A DNA stretch of 64,000 nt, from IMG/VR virus record IMGVR_UViG_3300037116_000097. One strand, 5' to 3'. Position 1 is the stretch's first letter. Each line of letters begins with the position of its first letter. Positions 17,217 through 25,388 of the stretch are shown here, one piece after another. This stretch comes from a virus. Position numbers and translations under genes: made by a program. The notes under the pieces are model-generated. The model worked only from the letters and a program-made list of their open reading frames with translations, had not been told where the DNA came from and made no database searches.

Positions 17217-17416
17217 CCACCAAGGAGCCAGCGCCAAGCCAGCCGTTCTACCCGGACTGCTCGGGCTGCGGTCACAACGCCTCTGGCGTCGTTGCAAATC
17301 AGTGCACCGCGTTCGTGCCATACCCGGAAGGTGACCCGAGGGGACTCGCGGGATGGTGCCTGCACCGTTGCGTGGACGACCCGGCAGTCAGGGCGTGGCT
17401 GGGCGGTGACCTGTGA
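17213..17416 (+). CDS. hypothetical Cys-containing protein (67 aa)
   Basis: GTGA overlap. Confidence 0.5.
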   Translation: MTTKEPAPSQPFYPDCSGCGHNASGVVANQCTAFVPYPEGDPRGLAGWCLHRCVDDPAVRAWLGGDL

Positions 17417-17661
17417 CCACCATCAAGGCAGGCGACGAGGTACGGGTGCTCGCCGCGCAGCGTGCCGAAGGTGCCGCCCGCGCTCACTACATCGTCATCC
17501 CGAAGAGCCGCTGGGGCTGCGCGACAGCCGTGCTTGGCCCGATGACCGAAGCCGAGGCCCGCGAGAAGCTGGCTACCTACCTGCCGCTGTACGTGGCGGA
17601 GTGCCCGCCGAAACTGCTGCGGCTGGTAGAGGACTACGACACGACTGACACGGAGGCATGA
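17413..17661 (+). CDS. small protein, MTTIK...TDTEA class (82 aa)
   Basis: GTGACCACCATCAAG start module; ends in repeated ACGACTGACACGGAGGCATGA junction. Confidence 0.55.
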   Translation: MTTIKAGDEVRVLAAQRAEGAARAHYIVIPKSRWGCATAVLGPMTEAEAREKLATYLPLYVAECPPKLLRLVEDYDTTDTEA

Positions 17662-17667
17662 CCGATG
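17641..17667 (+). repeat. 27-bp exact junction repeat, copy 1
   Basis: ACGACTGACACGGAGGCATGACCGATG identical to 18047-18073; encodes ..TDTEA stop plus GGAGG RBS plus ATG. Confidence 0.9.
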
Positions 17668-17745
17668 GGCACCAACTACTACGTCCACGGCAGCGACTTC
17701 CCGGACGCTGACGGCAACCGCTTCGTCCCGCAGGAGTTCTCATGA
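17665..17745 (+). CDS. 26-aa micro-ORF, speculative
   Basis: Uses the same RBS/ATG module as the 171-aa gene at 18071; ends in ATGA overlap with next gene. Confidence 0.3.
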   Translation: MGTNYYVHGSDFPDADGNRFVPQEFS

Positions 17746-17894
17746 CCACCACCGATACCCGCTGGCGCGAGTTCGACGTGAAGGACTGCCCGCCAAGCTC
17801 TGTCGCTGACGCCATCGTCCGCTGGCAGGACGTGCGCGAAGGTGACCTCGTGCTGCTGGATGACCTGCTTGTCATCGCGGAGACCACCCCATGA
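17742..17894 (+). CDS. small protein, MTTTDT...ETTP class (50 aa)
   Basis: CATGACCACCACCGATACCC start module (also at 18582); ends in the 22-bp repeat. Confidence 0.45.
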   Translation: MTTTDTRWREFDVKDCPPSSVADAIVRWQDVREGDLVLLDDLLVIAETTP

Positions 17895-17900
17895 CCACCA
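17879..17900 (+). repeat. 22-bp exact junction repeat, copy 1
   Basis: GGAGACCACCCCATGACCACCA identical to 18571-18592. Confidence 0.9.
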
Positions 17901-18067
17901 TCAAGCCAGTGCCACAGCCGGGCTCACCCTGCCCGGACGGCTGCATGACCGGCTGGCCGCACGACCGCAAGCCGGAACTGCTCACGGTGAACGAGGACGG
18001 CGAGGTTAGCTGCCCGACGTGCTGGGAGTGCTTCGGGATCATCGGCACGACTGACACGGAGGCATGA
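17891..18067 (+). CDS. small Cys-rich protein, MTTIK...TDTEA class (58 aa)
   Basis: ATGA overlap; CPDGC ... CPTCWEC; ends in 27-bp repeat copy 2. Confidence 0.45.
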   Translation: MTTIKPVPQPGSPCPDGCMTGWPHDRKPELLTVNEDGEVSCPTCWECFGIIGTTDTEA

Positions 18068-18073
18068 CCGATG
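18047..18073 (+). repeat. 27-bp exact junction repeat, copy 2
   Basis: Identical to 17641-17667. Confidence 0.9.
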
Positions 18074-18586
18074 ACACTGGGCGAGTTGATAGCGGCGCTG
18101 GCAGCGGCGCCAGCGGGCAAGGCCGTGGCGCACGGTTTCGGCAATCCGCACTCCTACCGTGGCTATTACGACGAGGTGGCGTTCGAGCCGGCCCGCAACA
18201 TCACCGTGGGCGACATGCTCGCAGCGGCCCGTTCTGCGCTCGGCGCGACTTTCCAGGGATGGAAGGGCGGCGACTACGTGATGAAGGAATACACGGACTG
18301 CTGGCTCGCCACCGAGGGCGATTGCGGCGAGACGATCGGCCCCGTCCTGCTGCGGCTGATGCTGGCCGCGCCAGATCCGGACGAGCGGTGGCAGGCACTG
18401 CAGGACTACCTGACCGCACAGATGGCCGAGTGCGAGCGTCACGCCGGCAACGCCAGCCAGAGCATGCAGGAGTCGGAAGGCAGGGTGGCGGAAAACTGGC
18501 TGGTCGCTTACACGGCCAGCGCATCGGCCGCTGCGGCTCACCACTCCGCGCTGGCGAAGATGACGGAATTGGAGACCACCCCATGA
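18071..18586 (+). CDS. hypothetical protein (171 aa)
   Basis: GGAGG RBS 9 nt upstream of ATG; ends ..ELETTP in 22-bp repeat copy 2. Confidence 0.6.
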   Translation: MTLGELIAALAAAPAGKAVAHGFGNPHSYRGYYDEVAFEPARNITVGDMLAAARSALGATFQGWKGGDYVMKEYTDCWLATEGDCGETIGPVLLRLMLAAPDPDERWQALQDYLTAQMAECERHAGNASQSMQESEGRVAENWLVAYTASASAAAAHHSALAKMTELETTP

Positions 18587-18592
18587 CCACCA
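18571..18592 (+). repeat. 22-bp exact junction repeat, copy 2
   Basis: Identical to 17879-17900. Confidence 0.9.
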
Positions 18593-18882
18593 CCGATACC
18601 CCGGTCACGAGCCGCTGTGAATGCGGCGGGCTGGCGAGCCATCAGGATCAGTGCAGGTGGCGTCAGGGCTACGGCAGCATCGTCATCCCATCGGCGCCAG
18701 ATACCCGCTGGGACGACCTCCGCGCAGAGATCCGCCGCTCCCGTGACATCTACGACGACGCGGCTAACGACCACGGGGAGATTCCCGGTCATGACATGCA
18801 GGAGCAGCGGGCCTACGGGCGGGTGGAGATGTGCGATCAGCTGCTGGCATGGATGAAGCGCGCCGATGAGCAGGAGGGCTGA
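18583..18882 (+). CDS. hypothetical protein, MTTTDT class (99 aa)
   Basis: ATGA overlap; in frame with C-terminal part of track ORF 18064-18882. Confidence 0.5.
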   Translation: MTTTDTPVTSRCECGGLASHQDQCRWRQGYGSIVIPSAPDTRWDDLRAEIRRSRDIYDDAANDHGEIPGHDMQEQRAYGRVEMCDQLLAWMKRADEQEG

Positions 18883-18885
18883 CCT

Positions 18886-19197
18886 GTGACCACCATCAAG
18901 CTCACCGATGGCGAAGTGACCATCGAACTGCCGGGCCTTACCGCCGTCCGGATCGACACCGAGCGGCGGCTGATCGCCGTTGACGGCATCAGCGGCAGCG
19001 GGAAGTGCGCGCCCGAGTGGTCCGTCGCGGACCTGCGGGACGGAACCTACGGCGGATTCCACCGGCTCCTGCCCGCTGGCGAGTGCATCGACGTTGACTG
19101 CATTGAGTCGGGGCAGCACTGCGACTTCACTACGGCACGCCGGCAGATCGAGGCCCTAGCCGAGGTAGCACGCACCTTCACTGACACGGAGGGCTGA
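18886..19197 (+). CDS. hypothetical protein, MTTIK...TDTEG class (103 aa)
   Basis: GTGACCACCATCAAG start module; C-terminal ..TFTDTEG supplies GGAGGG RBS for next gene. Confidence 0.55.
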   Translation: MTTIKLTDGEVTIELPGLTAVRIDTERRLIAVDGISGSGKCAPEWSVADLRDGTYGGFHRLLPAGECIDVDCIESGQHCDFTTARRQIEALAEVARTFTDTEG

Positions 19198-19200
19198 GAG

Positions 19201-19368
19201 ATGGCCACCTGCAAGAACTGCCGCAAGCCGATCCTCCGCTGCGCGCCTGGCGACGCTTGCGCGTCCATGAGCGAGTTCGAGGGCTGGTTCCACGCAGACG
19301 GCGGCTCGCATTGCTGCGGCGCGGACACGCGACCCGTGGCTGAGCCTGACACGGAGGCAGGCAAGTGA
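19201..19368 (+). CDS. small Cys-rich protein (55 aa)
   Basis: RBS ACGGAGGGCTGAGAG-ATG; CKNC ... HCC; ends ..PDTEAGK with GTGA overlap. Confidence 0.45.
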   Translation: MATCKNCRKPILRCAPGDACASMSEFEGWFHADGGSHCCGADTRPVAEPDTEAGK

Positions 19369-19598
19369 AGCTCGTCATCACGCTGCGGAACGGCGTGCAG
19401 ATCAAGACCGGGGTCGAGACATTCACGGTCACCCGCAACAACCTCACGGGCGAGTTGCGGGGGATCAAGTGGGAGGCATCCGACGACGCGACGGCCTCCC
19501 TCAACTGGCTGGACCTCGCCGAGGTCGTGGCCATTCACGCCGAGCACGAGCCGGGAACCGACCGGGAGAACAGCGGCAAGCTCGGTGACGAGCGATGA
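19365..19598 (+). CDS. hypothetical protein (77 aa)
   Basis: GTGA overlap. Confidence 0.5.
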   Translation: MKLVITLRNGVQIKTGVETFTVTRNNLTGELRGIKWEASDDATASLNWLDLAEVVAIHAEHEPGTDRENSGKLGDER

Positions 19599-19750
19599 CC
19601 ACCACCGCTACCCACTGGGAAGATGACCCCTTCTGGCGATGCCCGGATCACGACGTCACCCTCACCCTTGCCAACGCCGGGGACCTTGGTGACGGGCAGG
19701 ACCACTGGGTGTGCCCGGACGGATCCTGCAAGTTCGGGAAGTGGGTCTGA
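19595..19750 (+). CDS. small protein, MTTTAT class (51 aa)
   Basis: ATGA overlap; CPDH ... CPDGSC. Confidence 0.4.
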   Translation: MTTTATHWEDDPFWRCPDHDVTLTLANAGDLGDGQDHWVCPDGSCKFGKWV

Positions 19751-20025
19751 TGCCGGTAACCATCACGCTCAACTGCGGCGGCTGTGACGCCAGGGCCGAG
19801 GGCACCGCTCCCCTCCGGCGCAATTTCGTGAGCTTCAGCGGCCAGGATCACGGCTTTGGCCAGTTCCGCACCGGCACCGTCGAGGACATCACGCCCGAGG
19901 GCTGGATGCCCTACGACCCTTACACCCAGTGCACCTACTGCCCGAAGTGCTGGGCGTCAATCGAGGCGCATGCAGATACGCCGGGCGATGAGCTTGACCG
20001 CCTAGCGCGGCAAGGGGGGAAGTGA
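19750..20025 (+). CDS. zinc-ribbon-like protein (91 aa)
   Basis: TGATG overlap; CGGC ... CTYCPKC. Confidence 0.5.
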   Translation: MPVTITLNCGGCDARAEGTAPLRRNFVSFSGQDHGFGQFRTGTVEDITPEGWMPYDPYTQCTYCPKCWASIEAHADTPGDELDRLARQGGK

Positions 20026-20402
20026 TGGCTGACCTATCACCCGCAGCCGAGCTAAGGCAGGCTGCTGCGCTGATGCGAGAGCGCGCCGAAGGGGCAGCGG
20101 CGCATTCGCCGGGGCCGTGGATTTCAGGTGCCGAGGAGGCCGGTTCGCTGCACCGGGTAGTGACTGCCGACGTGCACGAGTGGTGCATTGCCCGGTCACT
20201 GCCGAGCGCCGCCGCTCACATCGCAGGCATGCACCCCGGAGTAGCCCTTGCTGTCGCTGACTGGCTGGACACCGAAGCGGGCGAGTACGAAGAACTCGAC
20301 GCGCCAACGCAGGCATTCCTGGCTGGTGACTCAGGCGGCGATCCTGACGGGGCGATCGTCGTTGCCCGTGCCTATCTCAACAGCAGCACCGAGGAGAAGT
20401 GA
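20025..20402 (+). CDS. hypothetical protein, paralogue A (125 aa)
   Basis: GTGATGGCTGAC junction; shares MAD..AA.LMR..EG..W and ARAYL with next gene. Confidence 0.55.
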   Translation: MADLSPAAELRQAAALMRERAEGAAAHSPGPWISGAEEAGSLHRVVTADVHEWCIARSLPSAAAHIAGMHPGVALAVADWLDTEAGEYEELDAPTQAFLAGDSGGDPDGAIVVARAYLNSSTEEK

Positions 20403-20617
20403 TGGCTGACCGCCCCGTTGACGAGATGTACGAGGCCGCCCGCCTGATGCGCTCCCAGCACGGCGAAGGACATCCGCGGCAGGCGTTCTGGTCCGCGCTG
20501 AGCCGCTGGCTGCACACGGAAGCGCGGCAATCCGACGGTGGGCCGGACGGCATTGACGTGGTTGACAACCTACCGCTCATGACTGCCCGCGCCTACCTGG
20601 AGGCTGACCGTGGCTGA
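20402..20617 (+). CDS. hypothetical protein, paralogue B (71 aa)
   Basis: Same GTGATGGCTGAC junction as 20022. Confidence 0.5.
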   Translation: MADRPVDEMYEAARLMRSQHGEGHPRQAFWSALSRWLHTEARQSDGGPDGIDVVDNLPLMTARAYLEADRG

Positions 20618-20870
20618 CACCGAGGCCGCCGCACTGCGAGACGCCCTGGCCGCCATCGCGGAGGCGCTAACGCCTCCGGGCAGCGACGCCCCGGGGGCGG
20701 ACCGGCAGGCATGGCGGGAGAGGGTTCCCGTCCGCGCCATCCTCGTGACAGGCGTGGCGGAGGCGATCCTCGCGGGAAACGCGCCTATCGCGGATCATGT
20801 CCGCTACCTCCGTGACCAGATCAGCACCGAGGGCAAGAGCAGCACCGAGGGGAGCAAGGACGATGGCTGA
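20610..20870 (+). CDS. hypothetical protein (86 aa)
   Basis: GTGGCTGA 8-nt overlap module. Confidence 0.5.
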   Translation: MADTEAAALRDALAAIAEALTPPGSDAPGADRQAWRERVPVRAILVTGVAEAILAGNAPIADHVRYLRDQISTEGKSSTEGSKDDG

Positions 20871-21090
20871 CGAGAACCTGAGCGCCGCCCTGCGCCGGGG
20901 GATTCTGGCCCCGGACGCGCCGGCCGTCTATGCCGCGATGCTGGAAGCCGTCGAGAAGCCATGCCCGAACGATCCGCTCTGCGAGCATCCCGAGTCCGCC
21001 CACGATCCGGATGCAGGATCACCCGGTGAACCTCCGTGGTGCCTCGACTGCGACTGCGGCGACAGGAACGCCGAGGGGTGGCCGCGATGA
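20863..21090 (+). CDS. hypothetical Cys-containing protein (75 aa)
   Basis: ATGGCTGA 8-nt overlap module. Confidence 0.5.
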   Translation: MADENLSAALRRGILAPDAPAVYAAMLEAVEKPCPNDPLCEHPESAHDPDAGSPGEPPWCLDCDCGDRNAEGWPR

Positions 21091-21329
21091 AGGACGGCAA
21101 CGTGACCGCTGCCCAGGTAGATCAGTGGACACGCCATCTCTGGCATGTCTCCCAGCACAACAAGATGGTCATCGTGCTCGGCGGCCGGCTACAGCAGATC
21201 GTGCACGAGATGCGCGACGCTGCGGGGCTACCGGAGTTCGGCTGGAACACGGCGTTCCCTGATGCCGACTTCGGGCAGTGCACGGTTCACGTTGAGGGCT
21301 GCGCAGGACAGGAGACTCACAATGGCTGA
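21087..21329 (+). CDS. hypothetical protein (80 aa)
   Basis: ATGA overlap. Confidence 0.5.
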   Translation: MKDGNVTAAQVDQWTRHLWHVSQHNKMVIVLGGRLQQIVHEMRDAAGLPEFGWNTAFPDADFGQCTVHVEGCAGQETHNG

Positions 21330-21726
21330 CGACGGAACAACGGCAGGCCCGGAAGCCGCAAGCTGCACCTGCACTCCCGGGATGTGCTCACGCGGGGATT
21401 TCCGTGACCACCAGGGCAGGCCGATCGGGTGCATGTCCTGCGCGGACCTGGACCCGGATCAGCCGTGCTACGCCGGGCCAACACGCGGCGACCCGGTAGC
21501 CGCAAGACTCGGCTACCTCCGCGCCTGCATGGAGGCCGCTGACCCGGTAGCCGCCCGTCTGGCTGCGGTGCGCGTGCAGATGGCCGCGCTTGTCCTCACC
21601 TGGGAGGGCGAGGCGGCCGAGGCGGAGGAACTCCGCGACTATTACAACGTGGGCCGCGCCGCCGTCCTGAACCGTTGCGCTCAGGCGCTCAGGCTGCTGG
21701 GAGAGGACGGCACCGATGACCACTGA
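21322..21726 (+). CDS. hypothetical protein (134 aa)
   Basis: ATGGCTGA overlap module. Confidence 0.5.
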   Translation: MADDGTTAGPEAASCTCTPGMCSRGDFRDHQGRPIGCMSCADLDPDQPCYAGPTRGDPVAARLGYLRACMEAADPVAARLAAVRVQMAALVLTWEGEAAEAEELRDYYNVGRAAVLNRCAQALRLLGEDGTDDH

Positions 21727-22336
21727 CCCTCCCGCTGACCCGGTAGGCGCCTACCTGGCAGACGCCCGGTTCGACGCCGAACGGCAGGGACTGAGCGACG
21801 AGCAGGCCGCCCGTCTCCTTGCTGCGCTCGAAGCCGCCCTGGCGATGCACTCGCCCGATCTCACCGAGGCAATCCCGTATCCCTGCAAGAGCGACCCGTT
21901 CGTGTGGCCCTGTCCTACTTACCGGGCCATCTCTGCCGAGCTGCCAGGGACTGCCGATGATGAAGCTGAGGCATCCCGCGCGGATACCGACTGCATCTGC
22001 AAGTCAGGTGACGGCGAGGACTGCCCATGCGAAGCGGACGGTCCGGACGGCTTGTGTGCCTGCTGCCGGACAGGTGATCACCGGGGGGCCTGTGCTGCCG
22101 CTCTCCCGGGGGAGGCCGGTACCGATGGCCCCGCCACCATGGGCCACGCCGGGCATAAGCCGGCCGCCCCCGGTGCCCAGGGCGATGTTCACTGCCAGCG
22201 CTGCGGCCTGCGCATCTACCAGAACACTGGCAGCCTGATCCGCGAGCGTCATCCGGATGAGTGGGGCCACGCGGCCCCTGCTGGCGATAGCACGGGATTC
22301 CTGTTCACCTGCCCGGCAGGTCCCGATGGCAACTGA
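21716..22336 (+). CDS. hypothetical Cys-rich protein (206 aa)
   Basis: ATGACCACTGA 11-nt overlap. Confidence 0.55.
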   Translation: MTTDPPADPVGAYLADARFDAERQGLSDEQAARLLAALEAALAMHSPDLTEAIPYPCKSDPFVWPCPTYRAISAELPGTADDEAEASRADTDCICKSGDGEDCPCEADGPDGLCACCRTGDHRGACAAALPGEAGTDGPATMGHAGHKPAAPGAQGDVHCQRCGLRIYQNTGSLIRERHPDEWGHAAPAGDSTGFLFTCPAGPDGN

Positions 22337-22565
22337 CTACGAGACCGGCCTCCCCGAAGTGCTCAGCCAGATGATCTACGAGCAGGGAAAGGTCATCATC
22401 GACGCCGCGATAGACGAGGCCATGGCCGGCGAGCGGGCCGCCATCCTTGACGGCCTGCGCCCGGCCACGGTCCTGCTGCGGGCTGCTGACGGCCAGGAGG
22501 TCGCAGCGGTCCCGTGGTCAGTGGTCCTGGAAGTGCTCAGCGCGAGGGAGATGCCCGGTGCGTAG
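22326..22565 (+). CDS. hypothetical protein (79 aa)
   Basis: ATGGCAACTGA 11-nt overlap module. Confidence 0.5.
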   Translation: MATDYETGLPEVLSQMIYEQGKVIIDAAIDEAMAGERAAILDGLRPATVLLRAADGQEVAAVPWSVVLEVLSAREMPGA

Positions 22566-22773
22566 GACCGCGCTTCCCGGTCACGCGCTGCGCTCCGAGG
22601 GCAAGCCCTACCGACTCGCCGGCAAGGACGATGGCGGCCTGGACGTACGCGCGACCGGCTCTGGCGGCTACGGGCTGTGCGAGTGCGGCACCTCGTCCGG
22701 CTGGCTGACCTCGGACGGCGCCCGCAAGCGCTGGCACAAGGAGCACAAGGAGGCGATCCGCAATGGCAACTGA
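22558..22773 (+). CDS. hypothetical protein (71 aa)
   Basis: GTG 22558 overlapping upstream stop region; in frame with track ORF 22447-22773. Confidence 0.45.
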   Translation: MRRTALPGHALRSEGKPYRLAGKDDGGLDVRATGSGGYGLCECGTSSGWLTSDGARKRWHKEHKEAIRNGN

Positions 22774-23083
22774 CCAGCCAATCCGCGAGCAGCGCGGCCA
22801 GGCCGTACGCGAAACCTGGGTCACATGGGCCAAGCGGCAGCGCGCCCCCAAGCCCGCCTGGCTGGTGCCGTGGTGCAACCTGGACGACGGGCAGCGGGAA
22901 GTGGACATGCTCATCGGTGATGCCCTGACTGCGGCTGAGCGCGAACGGGTCAGGGTGGCAGCGACAGAGGCGAGCTTCACCCTGTTCCGTCCCGGCAACG
23001 GACCGGCGCACGGGCAGGCACTGGCAGTCCTGCCGCTCGGCGAGTTGCTGGCCATTCTCGGCGAGGAGCCTGGCCTTGGCTGA
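22763..23083 (+). CDS. hypothetical protein (106 aa)
   Basis: ATGGCAACTGA 11-nt overlap module (second copy). Confidence 0.5.
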   Translation: MATDQPIREQRGQAVRETWVTWAKRQRAPKPAWLVPWCNLDDGQREVDMLIGDALTAAERERVRVAATEASFTLFRPGNGPAHGQALAVLPLGELLAILGEEPGLG

Positions 23084-23318
23084 CTCAACCAAGCACGTCC
23101 TCGACGTCCTCACCCTGGCAGTAAGCGTCCAGGCTGTAGCCCGCCACCGGGGGATGAGCATGCGCCAGGTAGCCGGGGAGACCGGGCTGTCGCCGTCGAC
23201 GCTCACCCGGCTGGCGAACGGGCAGAAACCCGACGCTGACGGGCTGGTGTCCCTGCTGGCATGGCTGGGGATCAAGACGGGCTTCGCGATCGAGAGGGGA
23301 TCGACCCTTGGCAGCTAA
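23076..23318 (+). CDS. XRE-type helix-turn-helix protein (80 aa)
   Basis: TTGGCTGA overlap module; MSMRQVAGETGLSPSTLTRLANGQ is a classic HTH. Confidence 0.6.
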   Translation: MADSTKHVLDVLTLAVSVQAVARHRGMSMRQVAGETGLSPSTLTRLANGQKPDADGLVSLLAWLGIKTGFAIERGSTLGS

Positions 23319-23529
23319 GCCGAAAATCCGCCTCACCGATGAGCAGTCGGCCGCCCTGGAGCCCTTCATGATCGCTGGCCTGGACGGCCTGCACCGCTCC
23401 CGCTGGAAGCCGGGCGATCCCGTCGAGTACCTCGTGGCGCCCATCGTGCTCCGGGTGATCATCGCCGTCTCCAGGGAGTTCCGGATGGGCGAGCTGATCA
23501 AGGAGGGGAGTGGCAATGGCCAAGCCTGA
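23308..23529 (+). CDS. hypothetical protein (73 aa)
   Basis: TTGGCAGCTAA 11-nt overlap. Confidence 0.45.
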   Translation: MAAKPKIRLTDEQSAALEPFMIAGLDGLHRSRWKPGDPVEYLVAPIVLRVIIAVSREFRMGELIKEGSGNGQA

Positions 23530-23884
23530 GATCAAGCCGACACGCCGCAACAAGCGCGTCCTGCTGGTGCTGCTGACGGGAGCCGCGAACCTGTCCTGCT
23601 ACCCGATCTGGCGCCTGGCCGGCAGCACCGCCGGGGGCGTCTACCTCACCCTGGCGACGCTTGAGGACGCGGGCTGGGTAACCGGCGAATGGGAAGCCGG
23701 CATCGCGCCGGGCAGCCCGCGCCGCCGCTTCTTCTCGCTCACATGGAAAGGCTGCGTCAAGGCGATGGAGATGCTGGGGCTGGAGATACCCGGCTCGCAG
23801 TGCCTGTGCACGCGCCCGGGACGCACCGGATGCGACCACGCCGGGCAGCCATCCTGCTGCTGCGGGAAGCTCGGGGGAGAGTGA
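23516..23884 (+). CDS. PadR-like winged-helix transcriptional regulator
   Basis: VLLVLL.., YPIWRL.., VYLTLATLEDAGWVTGEWE.....PRRRFFSLTWKG pattern; Cys-rich tail. Confidence 0.55.
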   Translation: MAKPEIKPTRRNKRVLLVLLTGAANLSCYPIWRLAGSTAGGVYLTLATLEDAGWVTGEWEAGIAPGSPRRRFFSLTWKGCVKAMEMLGLEIPGSQCLCTRPGRTGCDHAGQPSCCCGKLGGE

Positions 23885-24303
23885 TGGCTGAGCCGCAGCG
23901 CATCCAGCTCAGCCGCCGCAAGGGCTCGCGGATGCCGGCTGGCGCGATCAAGGTCGATCGCACCACGGATTGGGGCAACCCGTTCCGCGTCGGCGAGACC
24001 ATCGGCCAGGACGACGAAGACCTGTGGCCCTACGTCGCCCGGCTGCCCGGCGTGGCTGGTGATCCCCGGCGCGGCCCGCTGTACGCGCCGCTCACATCGG
24101 TGCGGATCACCGGTGCGCAGCTAGCCGTGGACCTGTTCTCCTGCTGGTTCATCGAGCAGCCTCACCTGATGATCCGCGCGTTCGAGGAACTGCCCGGCAA
24201 GTCGCTGGCCTGCTGGTGCAAAATCGGCAGTCCATGTCATGCGGATTGGCTTCTCGGCGCGGTGAACGAGGGGCTGTTCGTCGCGGAGGATGACGATGGC
24301 TGA
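23884..24303 (+). CDS. DUF4326 domain protein
   Basis: DWGNPFRVG, LPGKSLACWCKIGSPCHADWLL. Confidence 0.65.
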   Translation: MAEPQRIQLSRRKGSRMPAGAIKVDRTTDWGNPFRVGETIGQDDEDLWPYVARLPGVAGDPRRGPLYAPLTSVRITGAQLAVDLFSCWFIEQPHLMIRAFEELPGKSLACWCKIGSPCHADWLLGAVNEGLFVAEDDDG

Positions 24304-24784
24304 GCCGTATCGCGTGCTTGTGACCGGCAGCCGCTACTGGGGTGACCCGGCAGGCATCAGGCTTGCCCTGAAGCGGGCGGACGCCGCCCATCCGCAGTGC
24401 GTGCTCGTCCACGGCAAGTGCGACCCCCGCCATCCGCGGACGGCCCGGCGCATCCCGTGGAGCGACGCGGAGAAGCTGCCGCGCGATGAGCGGTTGCTCC
24501 TGCTCGGCGCCGACTGGCTGGCCGACCGCATCGCCCGCGATCTCGGCTGGGAGGTTGAGGCAATGGCCGCGGACTGGGACGCGCACGGAAAGGCGGCCGG
24601 GTTCGTCCGCAATCACGACATGGTGAAGCGCGTCAGGCTGGGGACCGGCGAGTGCTGCGCTTTCATCGCCGAGTGTGCTGACCGGAACTGCCGCAGGCCG
24701 CGCCCGCACGGCTCCCACGGGGCATCTCATTGCGCGGGACTGGCGGAAGCCAGCGGAATCGAGACACGGAGGTATGGGCCATGA
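24296..24784 (+). CDS. DUF2493 (SLOG-superfamily) protein
   Basis: RVLVTGSRYW, VLVHGKC, GADWLADRIARDLGW, ADWDAHGKAAGFVRNHDM. Confidence 0.65.
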   Translation: MAEPYRVLVTGSRYWGDPAGIRLALKRADAAHPQCVLVHGKCDPRHPRTARRIPWSDAEKLPRDERLLLLGADWLADRIARDLGWEVEAMAADWDAHGKAAGFVRNHDMVKRVRLGTGECCAFIAECADRNCRRPRPHGSHGASHCAGLAEASGIETRRYGP

Positions 24785-24815
24785 CGAACGCCACGAAGAT
24801 CAGGGAGGAGCTGCG

Positions 24816-25388
24816 ATGAACCTTTCAACCATCGTGATCCCGGAGGACGAGGCCCGCGCACGGCTGGCCGAGTACGAGGCCGCGGTCCGCGAGGAACGCA
24901 ACGCCCAGGACGAGGCGCTGGCCATGGGCTACCGGGCCGCGGTGCGCGGCCTGCCGATCATCAGGCTGTCCGAGACGGTCGCCGCCGGCGGCTTCTTTGA
25001 CGACGGCCTGCCGAGGATCGCGGTCGTGCGCGCCGGCGAGACCGAATGCTACGTGCGGTGGGACGGCAGCGCCCTGATGTACAACGACGGGGTGTCCCAG
25101 AACCGGGGGGCGCTGGTCGGCAAGTGGACAGTGCGCGTGCCCATGGCCGCCGCGAAGCCCGCGAAGGTTACGTGGAAGGGCGGCAGCACGATCGTTCCCA
25201 GCATCCCGCCGCGCCACCGGCCGAAGCCCCGGCGGCTTAAGCACTGCCACATCCTGTGGGAAGTCGAGTCGTGGACTCCCGTCCCGCCGCACGACCCGGC
25301 CCTGATCCGGCATATCCGGGGCGACCTTTGGGCCGTGCTGGCCGTGTGGGACCTCAGCGAGCTTGAGCGCGCCGTACTGGCGATGTGA
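24816..25388 (+). CDS. hypothetical protein (190 aa)
   Basis: RBS AGGGAGGAG 7 nt upstream of ATG 24816; track ORF starts earlier at 24675. Confidence 0.55.
   Translation: MNLSTIVIPEDEARARLAEYEAAVREERNAQDEALAMGYRAAVRGLPIIRLSETVAAGGFFDDGLPRIAVVRAGETECYVRWDGSALMYNDGVSQNRGALVGKWTVRVPMAAAKPAKVTWKGGSTIVPSIPPRHRPKPRRLKHCHILWEVESWTPVPPHDPALIRHIRGDLWAVLAVWDLSELERAVLAM

Noticed and set aside
23076-23529. HTH (23076-23318) plus 73-aa ORF (23308-23529) as a toxin-antitoxin pair
   Set aside because: The only evidence is size and overlap, which are shared by almost every gene pair in this operon. No toxin motif was recognised.
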